Source: Lama glama (lineage: Eukaryota). Taken from it: DNA of 64,000 nucleotides. The stretch spans positions 2,544,001 through 2,608,000 of the forward strand of contig CM052818.1 in assembly GCA_028534125.1 (NCBI GenBank), written 5' to 3'. A model generated the notes under the pieces. The model was not told the DNA's origin and did no database searches. It was given only the letters and a program-made list of their open reading frames with translations. Numbering within the stretch: the first letter of the stretch is position 1; the number at the start of each line of letters is the position of its first letter. A program made the translations under genes and the position numbers. Shown here piece after piece: positions 28,654-40,566 of the stretch.

Positions 28654-30111
28654 AATAGGAAAATGCATTCTCTTCACTTACTAAATGTATTCTTACTCCT
28701 ATTTAAGTATGCTTCTGTTTTGTATTCTTGGCTGTGGTCCAGGGACTAGACTATTGCAGTAATTAAGTTCAATATTATTCCTCCCAGAGTGTCTGCATCT
28801 AGATTTTCAGATTCCGTTTCATCAGTAGGGCAAATTTATAGGTCAGTATAGAACACATTTTAAATAATAGTAGAAAAGAGATTGTTTTCTATTTATATTG
28901 TCTTTCTAATCTGGCAGCCTTGAGTTTAATTTAGAAGATGCTTCTATTTGTAATTTACTTGGGTTTTTAATGTAGTTTACGATTAGGGAACTCAAATGAT
29001 TTTCTTCTTGACAGCTAGTAAGCTTTTGAAAGCTTCTTGTCAACTTCTAATTGCAGGTAAGTTCAGTTTTCTCTGTGCTTAACAAGCATGATAACATTCT
29101 GTTTGCAAGCCCTTTTCTTGTATCCAATGGAAGATAGCTAATGGAGCATTTGTGTATTGAGGTCAAGACAGGAAAGCTTAGCAGAGTGATTACTTCCTTG
29201 TTTTCTGTTAAAGGCCATCCAGCTTCTCCAAGAATAAATGAAATGGAAATAGTAGGGACAAGATCATTCTAATTAGACATCGATCTGGAACCTGTTTTTA
29301 AAATCTCTGTATATGTACCTTATGTGTCCTCCCCAACTACCTCCTCCCAAAAAAGTTGAACTATTCTGCTTTCTTTGCACCTTGATCTGACGCCAAATGA
29401 TGGAGAAAAGCTGATGGATTTATTTACTTAAGTAAAAGACTTTGTAAAACAAGGGGAGAGAGAAATTATTTTAGTGCAAAATATAATATATCATATAAAA
29501 CTATGTTTTACATTATGAAAGGTAAATCAAAATGGAATCAGTATTGCTAAGAGAGCTCTTTCAAATGGAGATGGAAGCCATTAATGAAGTGTCAACTCAG
29601 CCTGGATGGAATCTGACCTTTTGACCTGATGAAGTCATCCAGAATACCTGCCAGAAACTTAAGATACTCTTCGGACCCTTAGCCTAGAATAACTGTTAAC
29701 AGTCTACCTACACACTCACAGGACCCTTACCCGAAAACAACGTGTGCCTTAAGGACAAATAATCTCCAACTCAACGACAGTTCAGTCATGATTCTCACCA
29801 GGCAATGTTTTTCTTTTTCCAAAGTGAAGACTATAATATTCTCTTATTAGTCTGCATGTAACAAGTATAATACATACCTCAATCTTACTGGAATAGTAGA
29901 GAAATCTCTGGAGCCAATAGAAAAGAACTGGGAGCTCCATCAAGCGGCAGTAACAGGGTCATTTAGCAACAATTACCATTAAAGGCAAAACATGCATGCA
30001 TAATTATGGAGGTGAGCTATTAAATAGTAAAATCATGACTTATTAATTATGATCAAATAAAAGTTAACATTGATTGCTTGTGATATGACAGGTGCTGTGC
30101 TGAACACTTTA

Positions 30112-31315
30112 TTTTTTTAGTTGGGGTACAGTCAATTTATAATATTAGTTTCAGGTATATAACATAGTGAATCAAAATTTTTAATAGATTATACTCCATT
30201 TAAAGTTGTTACAAAATAGTGACTGTATTCCCTGCATTGTAAAATATATTCTTGTAGTTACTTATTTTATACATAGTAGTTTGTACCTCTTAATCCTCTA
30301 CCTCTATCTTGCTCCCTGCTTCCCTCTCTCCAGTGGTAACCACTAGTTTCTTCTCTGTATCTGTGAGTCTGTTTCTATTTTGTTATAGTTATTCATTTGT
30401 TGTATTTTTTAGATTCTACATATAAGTGATAACATACAGTATTTGTCTTTCTCTGTCTGATTTATTTCACTAAGCATAATACCTTCCAGGTCCATCTATG
30501 TTGTTGCGGATGACATTTCATTCATTTTTATGACTGAGTAGTATTCCATTGTGTATATATACATCTTCTTTGTCCATTCATCTCTTTATGGACCCTTAAG
30601 GTTGCTTCCAGATCTTGGCTATTATAAATATGCTGCTGTGAACATTGGGGTGCATTATCTTTTCAAATTAGTGTTTTTATTTTCTTCAGATATATACATA
30701 GGGGCGAAATTGCTGGATCATATGGTAGTTCTGTTTTTAATTTTGGGAGAAACCTCCTGTTTTCCCCAATGGCTGTACCAATTTACATTCCCACCAGTAG
30801 TGTTCCCTTTTCTCCACATGTTTGTCAACATTTGTTACTTGTGGTCTTTTTGATGATAACCATTCTGACAGTTGTGAGGTGCTATCTCATTGTGATTTTG
30901 ATTTGCATTTCTCTGATGATTAGCAGTGTTGAGCATCTTTTCATGTTGGCCATCTGTGTGTCCTTTGGAAAAATATATATTTGTATCTTCTGCCCATTTT
31001 TTAATCAGGTTGTTTGTTTTTTTTAATATGAGTTGTATGAGCTGTTATATATTTTGGATATTAACCCACTTTAGGTCTCATTTGCACATATCTTCTCCTA
31101 TTCAGTAGGTTGTCTTTTCATTTTGCTTATAGTTTCGTTTGCTGTACAAAAGCTTTTCAGTTTAATTAGGTCCCATTGTTTGTTTTTGCGTTTGTTTCCT
31201 TTGCCTTAGAAGACAGATCCAAAAAAATACTGCTACAATTTATGTTAAAGAGTGTTCTGCCTATATTTTCTTCTAGGATTCTTATGGTTTCTGGTTGTAT
31301 ATTTAGGTCTTTATC
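30112..31315 (-). mobile_element. L1 3' segment (non-inverted arm of a 5'-inverted L1)
   Basis: Poly(T) end, 3'UTR and decayed ORF2 C-terminus on the - strand. Confidence 0.85.
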
Positions 31316-31464
31316 TGCAATAAGCCATTAAAAGATACACATAACAAAAAGATGTAAAATATGATGTCAAAAACAGTAATCATGAAGAGAAGGGAGTAAA
31401 AATGCAGTTGTTAAAATGCATTTGAAGTTGAGAGATCAGCAACTTAAAACAACTATATATATAT

Positions 31465-31479
31465 TTGTGTATGTGTGTA

Positions 31480-31517
<38 letters not shown>

Positions 31518-31518
31518 G
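31465..31518. repeat. (TG)n(TA)n microsatellite
   Basis: Direct inspection. Confidence 0.9.
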
Positions 31519-32637
31519 CTATAGCTAGACCTCATGGTAACCAGAACCCCAAAATCTATAATAGATATACACAAGAGAAAGAGGAATCCAAATGTAACAG
31601 TGAAGATTGTCATCAAATCACAAAGGAAGAGAACAAAAGAAGAAAGAAAGAAAGAAAAAAGAACCACAAAAACAATTAACAAAGTGGCAATAAATGCATA
31701 CCTATCAAAGATTACTTTAAGTGTAAATAGACTGAATGCTCCAATCAGAAGACATAGATTGGCTGAATGGATACAAAAACAAGACCCTATATTTGCTGCC
31801 TAAAAGAGACTCACTTCAGATCTAAAGACACATGCAGACTGAAAGGGATGGGAAAAGGTATTCCATGCAAATGAAAATCAAAAGAAAGTCAGAATTTCAA
31901 TAGTTACATCAAATAAAATAGACTTTAAAACAAAGACTGTAACAAGAGACAAATATATTACATAATGATCAAGGGACCAATCCAAGAAGAAGATATAACA
32001 ATTACAAATATATATGTACCCAACATAGGAGCACCTATACATAAGGCAAATATTAACAGATATAAAAGGAGACCTCAACAGTAACACAGTAATAGTAGGG
32101 GACTTTACCACTCCACTTCCATCAGAGGACAGATAACCTAGACAGAAAATCAATTAGAAACACTAGCCTTAAATGACATATTAGACCAGATGGACTTAAT
32201 AGGTATTTACAGAACATTCCATCCAAAAGCAGCAGAATATACATTCTTTCCAAGTGCACATGGAACATTCTTCAGGATAGATCATATGCTAAGCCACAAA
32301 ACAAACCTTAGTAAATTTAAGAAAACTGAAATCATGTCATGCATTATTTATGACTACAACACTGTAAGACATAAATCTATGGGATGCATCATGACCAGGA
32401 AAGTTTATAGTGATACAAGCCAATCTCAGGAAATAGGAAAAATCTCAAATAACCTAACCTTACATGAAAGGGACTAGAGAAAGAAGGACAAACAAAACCC
32501 AAAGGTAGTAGAAGGAAATAAATCATAAAGATCTGAACATAAATGAATGAAACAGAGACTAAAAAACAATAGAAAAGATCAAAAGAGCAACAAGACTAAG
32601 ACCTATTTCTTTGAAAAGATAAAATTGATAAACCTTT

Positions 32638-33566
32638 TTTTAAACATTTTTTATTGATTTATAATCATTTTACAATGTTGTGTCAAATTCCAGTGTAGAG
32701 CACAATTTTTCAGTTATACATGAACAGGTATATATTCATTGTCACATTTTTTTCTCTGTGAGCTACCACAAGATCTTGTATATATTTCCCTGTGCTATAC
32801 AGTATAATCTTGTTTATATATTCTACAATTTTGAAATCCCAGTCTATCTCGTCCCACCCCCTTCCCCCTTGGCAACCACAAGTTTATATTCTGTGTCTGT
32901 GAGTCTATTTCTGTTTTGTATTNNNNNNNNNNNNNNNNNNNNNNNNNNNNNNNNNNNNNNNNNNNNNNNNNNNNNNNNNNNNNNNNNNNNNNNNNNNNNN
33001 NNNNNNNNNNNNNNNNNNNNNNNNNNNNNNNNNNNNNNNNNNNNNNNNNNNNNNNNNNNNNNNNNNNNNNNNNNNNNNNNNNNNNNNNNNNNNNNNNNNN
33101 NNNNNNNNNNNNNNNNNNNNNNNNNNNNNNNNNNNNNNNNNNNNNNNNNNNNNNNNNNNNNNNNNNNNNNNNNNNNNNNNNNNNNNNNNNNNNNNNNNNN
33201 NNNNNNNNNNNNNNNNNNNNNNNNNNNNNNNNNNNNNNNNNNNNNNNNNNNNNNNNNNNNNNNNNNNNNNNNNNNNNNNNNNNNNNNNNNNNNNNNNNNN
33301 NNNNNNNNNNNNNNNNNNNNNNNNNNNNNNNNNNNNNNNNNNNNNNNNNNNNNNNNNNNNNNNNNNNNNNNNNNNNNNNNNNNNNNNNNNNNNNNNNNNN
33401 NNNNNNNNNNNNNNNNNNNNNNCTGCATTCCCACCAGCAGTGAAGGAGGGTTCCCTCTTCTCCACAGCCTCTCCAGCATTTATTATTTGTGGATTTTTGA
33501 ATGATGGCCATTCTGACTGGTGTGAGGTGATACCACATTGTAGTTTTGATTTGCATTTCTCTGATA
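32638..33566 (-). mobile_element. Young 5'-truncated L1 nested in the older L1 (contains the assembly gap)
   Basis: Perfect 17-bp TSD aaaattgataaaccttt at 32621-32637 and 33567-33583; [18 protein letters not shown] zinc knuckle. Confidence 0.9.
32923..33422. other. Assembly gap (500 N)
   Basis: Run of exactly 500 n. Confidence 0.99.
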
Positions 33567-34021
33567 AAAATTGATAAACCTTTAGCCAGTACTCAGCAAG
33601 GAAAAAAAAAGAAGACCCAAATAAGTAAAATCAGAAATGAAAAAGACGTTACTACCAACACCTAAAAGGATCGTAAGAAATTGCTTTCAAAAAGCTATAT
33701 GCAAATAAAATGGTCAACCTAGAAGAAATGGACAAATTCCTAGAATATACAATCTCCCAAGATGAAACAAGGAAGAAACAAAAGATGAAGAGACCAGTTA
33801 CCAATAATGAAATTAAATCAGTAATTGAAAAAAAAAAAAAAACAACAACTCAACAAAGTCAGGGATCAGATGGATTCACAGGTGAATTCTACCGAACATT
33901 TAGGGAAGAGTTAATACCTTTCCTTCTCAAACTAGCCCAAAAAATTGCAGAAAAAAAGGAATGCTTTGGAACTTATTTTACAAGACCAGCATCACCCTGA
34001 TACCAAAGCCAGCAAAGATAC

Positions 34022-34045
34022 CACACACACACACACACACACACA
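34022..34045. repeat. (CA)n microsatellite within L1 ORF2
   Basis: Direct inspection. Confidence 0.9.
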
Positions 34046-34899
34046 AATTAAAGGACAATATCACTGATGACCACAGAGGCAAAAATCCTCAATAAAATAT
34101 TTACAAATCCAACAATACATTAAAAGGATCACACACCATAATCAAGCGGGATTTATCCCAGGGATACAAGGATGGTTCAATATCTGCAAATCAGTCAATG
34201 TGGTACACCACATTAACAAACTGAAAAAAAAAAATCATGATCATCTCAGTAGATACAGCAAAAGCTCTTGACAAAATTCAACATCCATTTATGATAAAAA
34301 CTCTCCACAAAGTGGGTAAAGAGGGAACATACCTCAAAATAATAAAGGCCATATATAATAAGCCCATAGCTAACATCATACTCAATGGTGAAAAGCTGAA
34401 AGCATTTCCTCTAAAATCAGGAAAAGGACAAGGATGCCCACTCTCATCACTTACATTCAACATAGTATTGGAAGTCCTAGCCCTTGCAATTAGATAAGAA
34501 AAAGAGATAAAAGGACTCCAAATGGAAAAGGAAGGGGTAAAACTGTCACTCTTTGCAGATGACATGAAACTATATATAAAAAATCCTAAAGATGTCACAA
34601 AAAAACTACCAGAGCTTATCAATGAATTTGGTAAAGTTGTAGGATACAAAATTAATATACAGAAATCTGTTACATTTCTGTATACTAACATCAGACTATC
34701 AGAAAGAGAAATTAAGGAAGCAAATTCATTTACAATCACTTCAAAAAGAATAAAATACTTAGGGAAAATCTAACTAAAGAGATAAAAGACCCGTACTTGG
34801 AAAACTATAAGACATTGGTGAAAGAAATTGGAGACAACACAAACAGATGGAAAGATAGAACGTGTTCATGGGTTGGAAGGCTTTAAAATGTTCAAATTT

Positions 34900-35975
34900 G
34901 TCAGATCTGGGTCCTGAATCCTCTTCTCATCTCCCTTTGCCCTTTTTCCTTAGGCAATATATTCTAGTCCCATGACTTCTGTTACCGCTTATGTAAATGA
35001 CTACTCCAAATTTATCTGTTTAGTCATACCTCTCCTATTGATGCATATAGACAACCTACTTACATCACCATTTGAGTGTTTCAGAGGCATGACGCATTTA
35101 ATATGTCCAAAACAGAACTCATCACCCTTTCTTCCTTCACTCCCCATCAGCACCCAAGAAAAGCTTACCCTTCCCACAGAGTTCCTTAGCTCCGTGAATG
35201 ACATTACCACCCACCTGGTTCCTTGTGCCAAAGTTATCCTTGATATTTCCCTCACCCTGTCTCCCCTCATCCAGTTCCTCACAAAAACAACCTAAAATAG
35301 TTTTGGAATCTGCCTACTCTCTTCTTAATGCCATTATCTTAGTCCACATAGCTACCATTTTTTTTCATCTGGATTTAGCACATTAGCTGCCTTACTGGTC
35401 TCCCATTATCCACTCTCGATCTCTCCAATCCATTTTCCATATGGCAGCCTGATTGGTCTCAAAATTTAAATTGAATTGTGTCACTGGGCTGCCGAGAACC
35501 CTTTTTAATGGTTTTCATTGCTTTTAGGGTGATACCCAAAATCCTTCGTGTAGACTCTGATGTCCTGCGTGATCTGATCCCACCTGCCTCTGCAACCTCT
35601 TCTTTCTTCCTTGCCAGTTCTCCCACCAGTTCTCCTTTGACCCTGCAACTTTATACATTACTATCTTCTTCAGTTCCTGAAAGTTCCCTCCTGCCTCCGA
35701 GTCTTCACACATGCTTTTCCCTCTCCTTCCCTGTTGCTTGTGCAGAGACACCTTTCCTAATTGTCCCCTACTCCTGGACTAGGTTGGGTCTTCCTGTTGT
35801 TTTCTAATAGTCCGTTTTACTTCTCCTTTTAACTCAATAGTAATTATTCTTAATTATTTGCTTATCTCTCTCCTGAGAGAATGTAAATACTGCAGGGCAA
35901 GGACTGTGTACCCTGCCAAAGCACCAGTCACAGTGCCTGTGGTAGACAGGCACACAGATTTTAGTGAGCGAGTGC
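34900..35975 (+). mobile_element. Decayed L2 LINE 3' portion
   Basis: Decayed YADD-region remnant (tatgtaaatgactactccaaa) and an L2-type 3' end (cagtgcctg...gtagacagg...gagtg). Confidence 0.65.
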
Positions 35976-36859
35976 ATCTCATTACCTGAGTTGCTGACAT
36001 GTGACTGGGAAAAGACAAAAGCTGAATCTAGCGGCAGCATATTTGGAGTAAAATAAAAGTAAAATGTAAAGCTGTTTACATTAAACCACAATGTTTAATT
36101 TTTAAAATGATATTAACCAGACTGAATGAAGTTTACCAAACTATAGGAAACAGAATAGTAGAGACTAGTTTTTATATCAACGGCTCAAAAGACTTTTTCC
36201 CAGTAATTCATTCAAAAGTCCCAAGTATTCTTGACAGTCAAGCTGTTGTCCTGGGCACAATTTAGGTTTATAGCTTCTGAGAAATCTCATTTAGGTTCAA
36301 AAATAGCCAGTTTTTGGTATGAGCGTGTTGGATCTGAAAGTTGTGGCTTTTCAAAGTGTTGAACTGATGACGTTTGTATTCTAGAAATATCCTAGATATA
36401 TTAAAAGTCCTGAAGTTCTTTATGGCTGGGAACCGAGGCCCCTGTTTCAAGCCAAATATCTTAAACACAAACCTTTGGCCATGATGAAGTGTTAAATCAA
36501 ATGCTTGGCAGGAACTTTGCTTTGACCTGCTTTGACTCTGAACAGGACTACATGCTTTCCCATCTTCAGCCAAATGACATTGTTTTTTTTCCATTTTCTG
36601 CATATTTGCCACGTGTATAAGAAGGAAAGTGAGATGGAGGAGGAGTAAGTTTCAAATAGTTCTTTGATTTCTTAATGCACTGTAGACACAGACCAGAGAC
36701 CAACTCCTTTATGTACTGTTGAGGTCTAGTTCTTGAAGAACTTATCAAGCAATGACCTACTTCACACTGCACATCTGTCCTCTTAATAGGTAAGTGGAAA
36801 GATGTGGCAACTGGTGGTTTGTGTGACTGAGCTAGTTGTCAGTGTTTGTCGAATACCTA

Positions 36860-37170
36860 CGTTAGTTATTTATTATTATATAACAACTTACCCCAAAGTT
36901 TAGCAGGTTAAAACAACAAACATTTATTATCTCACAGTTCCTGGGGGTCAGGAAGCTGGCAGCAGCTCAGCTGGGTGCCTCTACCTCATGAAGTCACTGT
37001 CAGGCTGTCAGTGGGAATGACAACCTCATCTGAAGGCTTGACTAGGGGAAGACGAACTTCTAAACTCACTCAGATGGTTGTTAACAAGATTGAGTTCCTG
37101 TCCCCTGGGCCTCTGTGTCGTCCAGCTGACACCATGGCAGCCGTTCTGATTTGTGATCCTAGAGACGTAA
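36860..37170 (-). mobile_element. MaLR LTR fragment (MLT1F/G/H-like)
   Basis: taacaacttaccccaaa...aaacaacaaacatttattatctcacagttc motif. Confidence 0.6.
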
Positions 37171-39199
37171 CCACGCATTTCCCCCATCTGTGGACGCTTC
37201 GGGGGTATTTTCTTTGTCTCCACTACACTAGAATTTCACAGCGATGTGCCTTGATATGGGAGGATCAAATGAAATAATGAAGGTGAAAGGTCAAAGCAGG
37301 GTAGTTTAGAGAAACACTGTGCGCTTGGCGGGTAGGCGTGATGGACAGGGAGCTGGAGAGGAGCTGAAAACAGCGAATGGTACGTGCAATTCTGGAAGCA
37401 GGAAGGTCAGGGAAGTTGCAGGCCGTGGTCCTCTCTTACCTGGGGTCTTCTCCAGGTTGGAAGGCATCCTGAATGTCCTGCCTAGGTGTTACCAATCTCC
37501 AGCAAAATCTCCCCATTCACACCTGGCTGCTAAAGGCAAGGGGTGCATTAAATACCCAGTTCTCTGTCAGCCAGTCGTCCTACAGACCAGTACTGGTATT
37601 GAACTAACCTAGCAACTCAATTTGCTTAACCCCTGAACCGGTATCTTCTTTGGTCTTACTATAGCACTGTCTAGGTGTTTTTCCAAAGTGAGGTTGGGCA
37701 GATTATGTGCCATAAGTTACAGCATAGGTATGAGAGTGCTTTATAAATTGTTAAATACTATACAAATTAAGTTACTGGGTTGCTGCTATTTGGAGAAAGC
37801 AAACTTCCCAATTGTGTGGAAAACACAGGTGGACTGGTATAAAATACAAATCAACACTGTATAACCTACCACGAGAAGACCGCTCTTCTGGTGCTGACAG
37901 TCTCGTAGCTCAGCGTTTTCACCTTTCCTAAAGTGTTTGCGTTAAATTGGGTAACATCTCCATGTTGAGTTTCTGGTAATTTTCCATTCCCTTTCTCATG
38001 AGCGAGGGTACCCTGCAATTTAATTCTCTGTGTTTTGCCTTGCTCTTGAATTAGCCAGGTTATTCTGTTCTGTCTTCCTCTGCCTTCCCTTTTTCCCTTC
38101 TGGTCAGGAGCACTCAGGTTTTATTTTCCGGGCAAAGATAGATGTTTTAGAAAACCAAACTGTGATTCTCTGTGGATGACTTCCATAATGATGGGGAGAA
38201 ATCACTGTGTTGGTGGTAGACACCTGCCAAATGAGTCTTTGGAAATAGAACTGTGTCATCTGCTACCCAGCAAGGTTCAAGACCCATAAGAGTCTCCGTG
38301 ATCAAGAATATCCACTAAGGCAGTTGCCCTGGCATTTAGAGAGGCTTGCTACTGTCATTTTTATGCTGCAAATGGAAGTGGTAAAAATAAAGAACTACCC
38401 CACCTTTTAGAGCCTTACGGAATTATTATTCTGAAACAGTGTTTGGAATAATCATTGATTTCTTTTGTCTGTATATAAATATGGTAAACTGGTATATTTC
38501 TTACTAGGGGCCCTATTTAAACCAACAGTGAATTAAATGGGTGCTGTCTTAAATTCTTTCTGAACTATCAATGAATCGTTTTTCCATCTATTCATACTCT
38601 TTACAATTTCTACTTTGTCTTAAGATTAGATTTTCTACTGTTCATAACAGGTTAGAAAATTGCAAAAACTCTCAAGGGGAGTAAGCCAACATTTTTTAGC
38701 GTACACAGAAGCGGAGAAGGACTTTTTCATGAATGTTGCCAAGAAAGAAATGAGTGAGGAAAGAACTTGTTAACACGTAAAGATGCCCCAGGGAGGGTGT
38801 GGGAGGGAATGGAGCTGAGATTGAAGAGACAAGCTAGAAAGGAAAGCGGCCTAACTAAACCTGGTGATCCACCTGTTTTTGGAGTTCCTAATATTTAGGT
38901 AAGTTACAAATGAATAAACCTCCATCTTGTATTTCAGGAGTTGGGAATCTAATTGGAAAGAGAAAAATTACACACATGAAACAACAATTAAGTAGTATTA
39001 ACACCATGCTCACTGTGTACAAGAGCTTAGGGGAGGTAGTATAAAGACTGCAGTGGTTTTTGAAGAATAGTTAATATTTGAATAAAGAACAGGAAAAAAG
39101 ACATATTCCAGATGATAGCAAACACATCCAAATGGATTTGGAAGTTAGAGTGAAAAACATGTACATACTTTAAAAGCCATACACAGACAGACACTCACA

Positions 39200-39995
39200 C
39201 AAGCTGTAGACAAAAATTAAAGCCAGTAAAAACTGCCACCAAAAAAATTAAGCAAATACAATAAATAAGTAATTTTTATTTATAAATTAGTTTATGAAAA
39301 ATAAAAATTATGACAGATGTAAAAATTCTTACAAAGATAAGGAAATGATATATACCCTGAGAAAAAAACAAGTGAAGTACTTTAGCAGAAAAATTACAAA
39401 ATAAGATGTATGAACGGCTAGTAAGCTTACCTCAAAATACTCAGCCTCAGTAAAAATCAAAGAAATGTAAATGAAAACAATAACTTGCAAGTTTTCTCTT
39501 ATTATGAGATTGGCAGTGGTTTATAAAGAAATAACAGGAATGCAGAGACACAGGCACTTACATACTATCAGTGAGAATTTAAATTCATATGGCAGCGTGG
39601 CAATAAATCAAGTCTCCAAAACAAATTCTTTTCAGTTTAGCAGTTCTATTTCTAAGAGTTATCCTAAGGAAATCAGAAAAGATGAACACAAAAAGTTCAT
39701 CCAACCTTTATAATGCAGAACATGGGGAAAACACCAGATGACAGCACAGCTATATTAACATAGAAACGAGGAAAAGCCAGTGCTGGAGCGTCACGCTGTT
39801 ACTGTACGAGTGGGCACCTGGGGAATGGGTCTGTGTGTATGCATCTGCATACACATAGGGGAAGTCAGGAGGGTTATATCCAACAACTTTGCTAACCATT
39901 TTTTAACTCTGGATGGTTAGACAACTGTTACCTTACTTTTTTCCCTTTTGCTTTTAAATGCAATGAACATGTATTATTTTTTTAAAATATGTTTT
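39200..39995 (+). mobile_element. Highly decayed L1 (L1ME-like) 3' portion
   Basis: A-rich; atcaaagaaatgtaaatgaaaacaa ORF2 remnant; tgcaatgaacatgtattatttt 3' end. Confidence 0.55.
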
Positions 39996-40428
39996 AAAGA
40001 AAAACAGCCTAAGAATCAGAATAAGATGCACTTGTTTACAGTGTTTCTTAAGAATGCATTTTCTCTCCCTGTTTAAATGTTAAGAAACTGTGTGATCTTG
40101 GTTATTTTATAGAAGAACCTAGAGAAATTTGGCTTGAAAAGATTTTCCCCGCTGCCAACCCACTTGCCTAGAAAGGCTGACTGAGCCTACACATTTTTTT
40201 TCTTTTAACACTTAAAGAATTGTACATCTGTATAGTTGATAACTCCAGGATATGGCTAGTTTTGTAACAGTCCCAGACTAGCAGTTTCTGTTTATCTGTA
40301 GTTAATAACTTTGATTGAGAACTGCAGAGGCATCTGGAGGAATGTGGCTGTTACAGGTTTTTCATTTCCTTTGATCCCTGTTATCATTTTATCCTTTTCT
40401 TTTTTGCTCCCGTTTAGGTTCTGTCATA

Positions 40429-40566
40429 ATGAATGGATCCAGTGTGGTGAATACATCACCCAGTGTAAAATCCAAAGAGGACCAGGCGTTAAATGGGCAC
40501 GATGAGAAAGAAAACCCATTTGCAGAGTACATGTGGATGGAGAATGAAGAAGATTTCAACAGGCAG
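40429..40566 (+). CDS. PAIP2B: PAIP2B first coding exon (exon begins 40418; ATG 40429)
   Basis: Polypyrimidine tract and TTTAG acceptor ending 40417; ATG at 40429; donor CAG|GTAAGG at 40566/40567. Confidence 0.96.

Larger units (their letters stand above)
31316..34880 (+). mobile_element. L1 inter-ORF region plus decayed ORF2 EN/RT (inverted arm), interrupted by a younger L1
   Basis: AINAYLSKITLSVNRLNAPIRRHRLAEWIQKQDP (EN start ~31684), YTFFPSAHGTFFRIDHML, QGCPLS and LFADDM (RT, ~34550); stops and frameshifts present. Confidence 0.9.

Noticed and set aside
32680..33556. Long ORFs (175-274 aa) in the ORF track
   Set aside because: Artefacts of translating through the 500-N gap.
34850..34880. 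The old L1's inverted arm ends at the same ORF2 motif (CSWxGR) where the young L1 at 44392 begins
   Set aside because: The elements differ in age, are ~9.5 kb apart and the young one has its own TSD; most likely coincidence with n=2.
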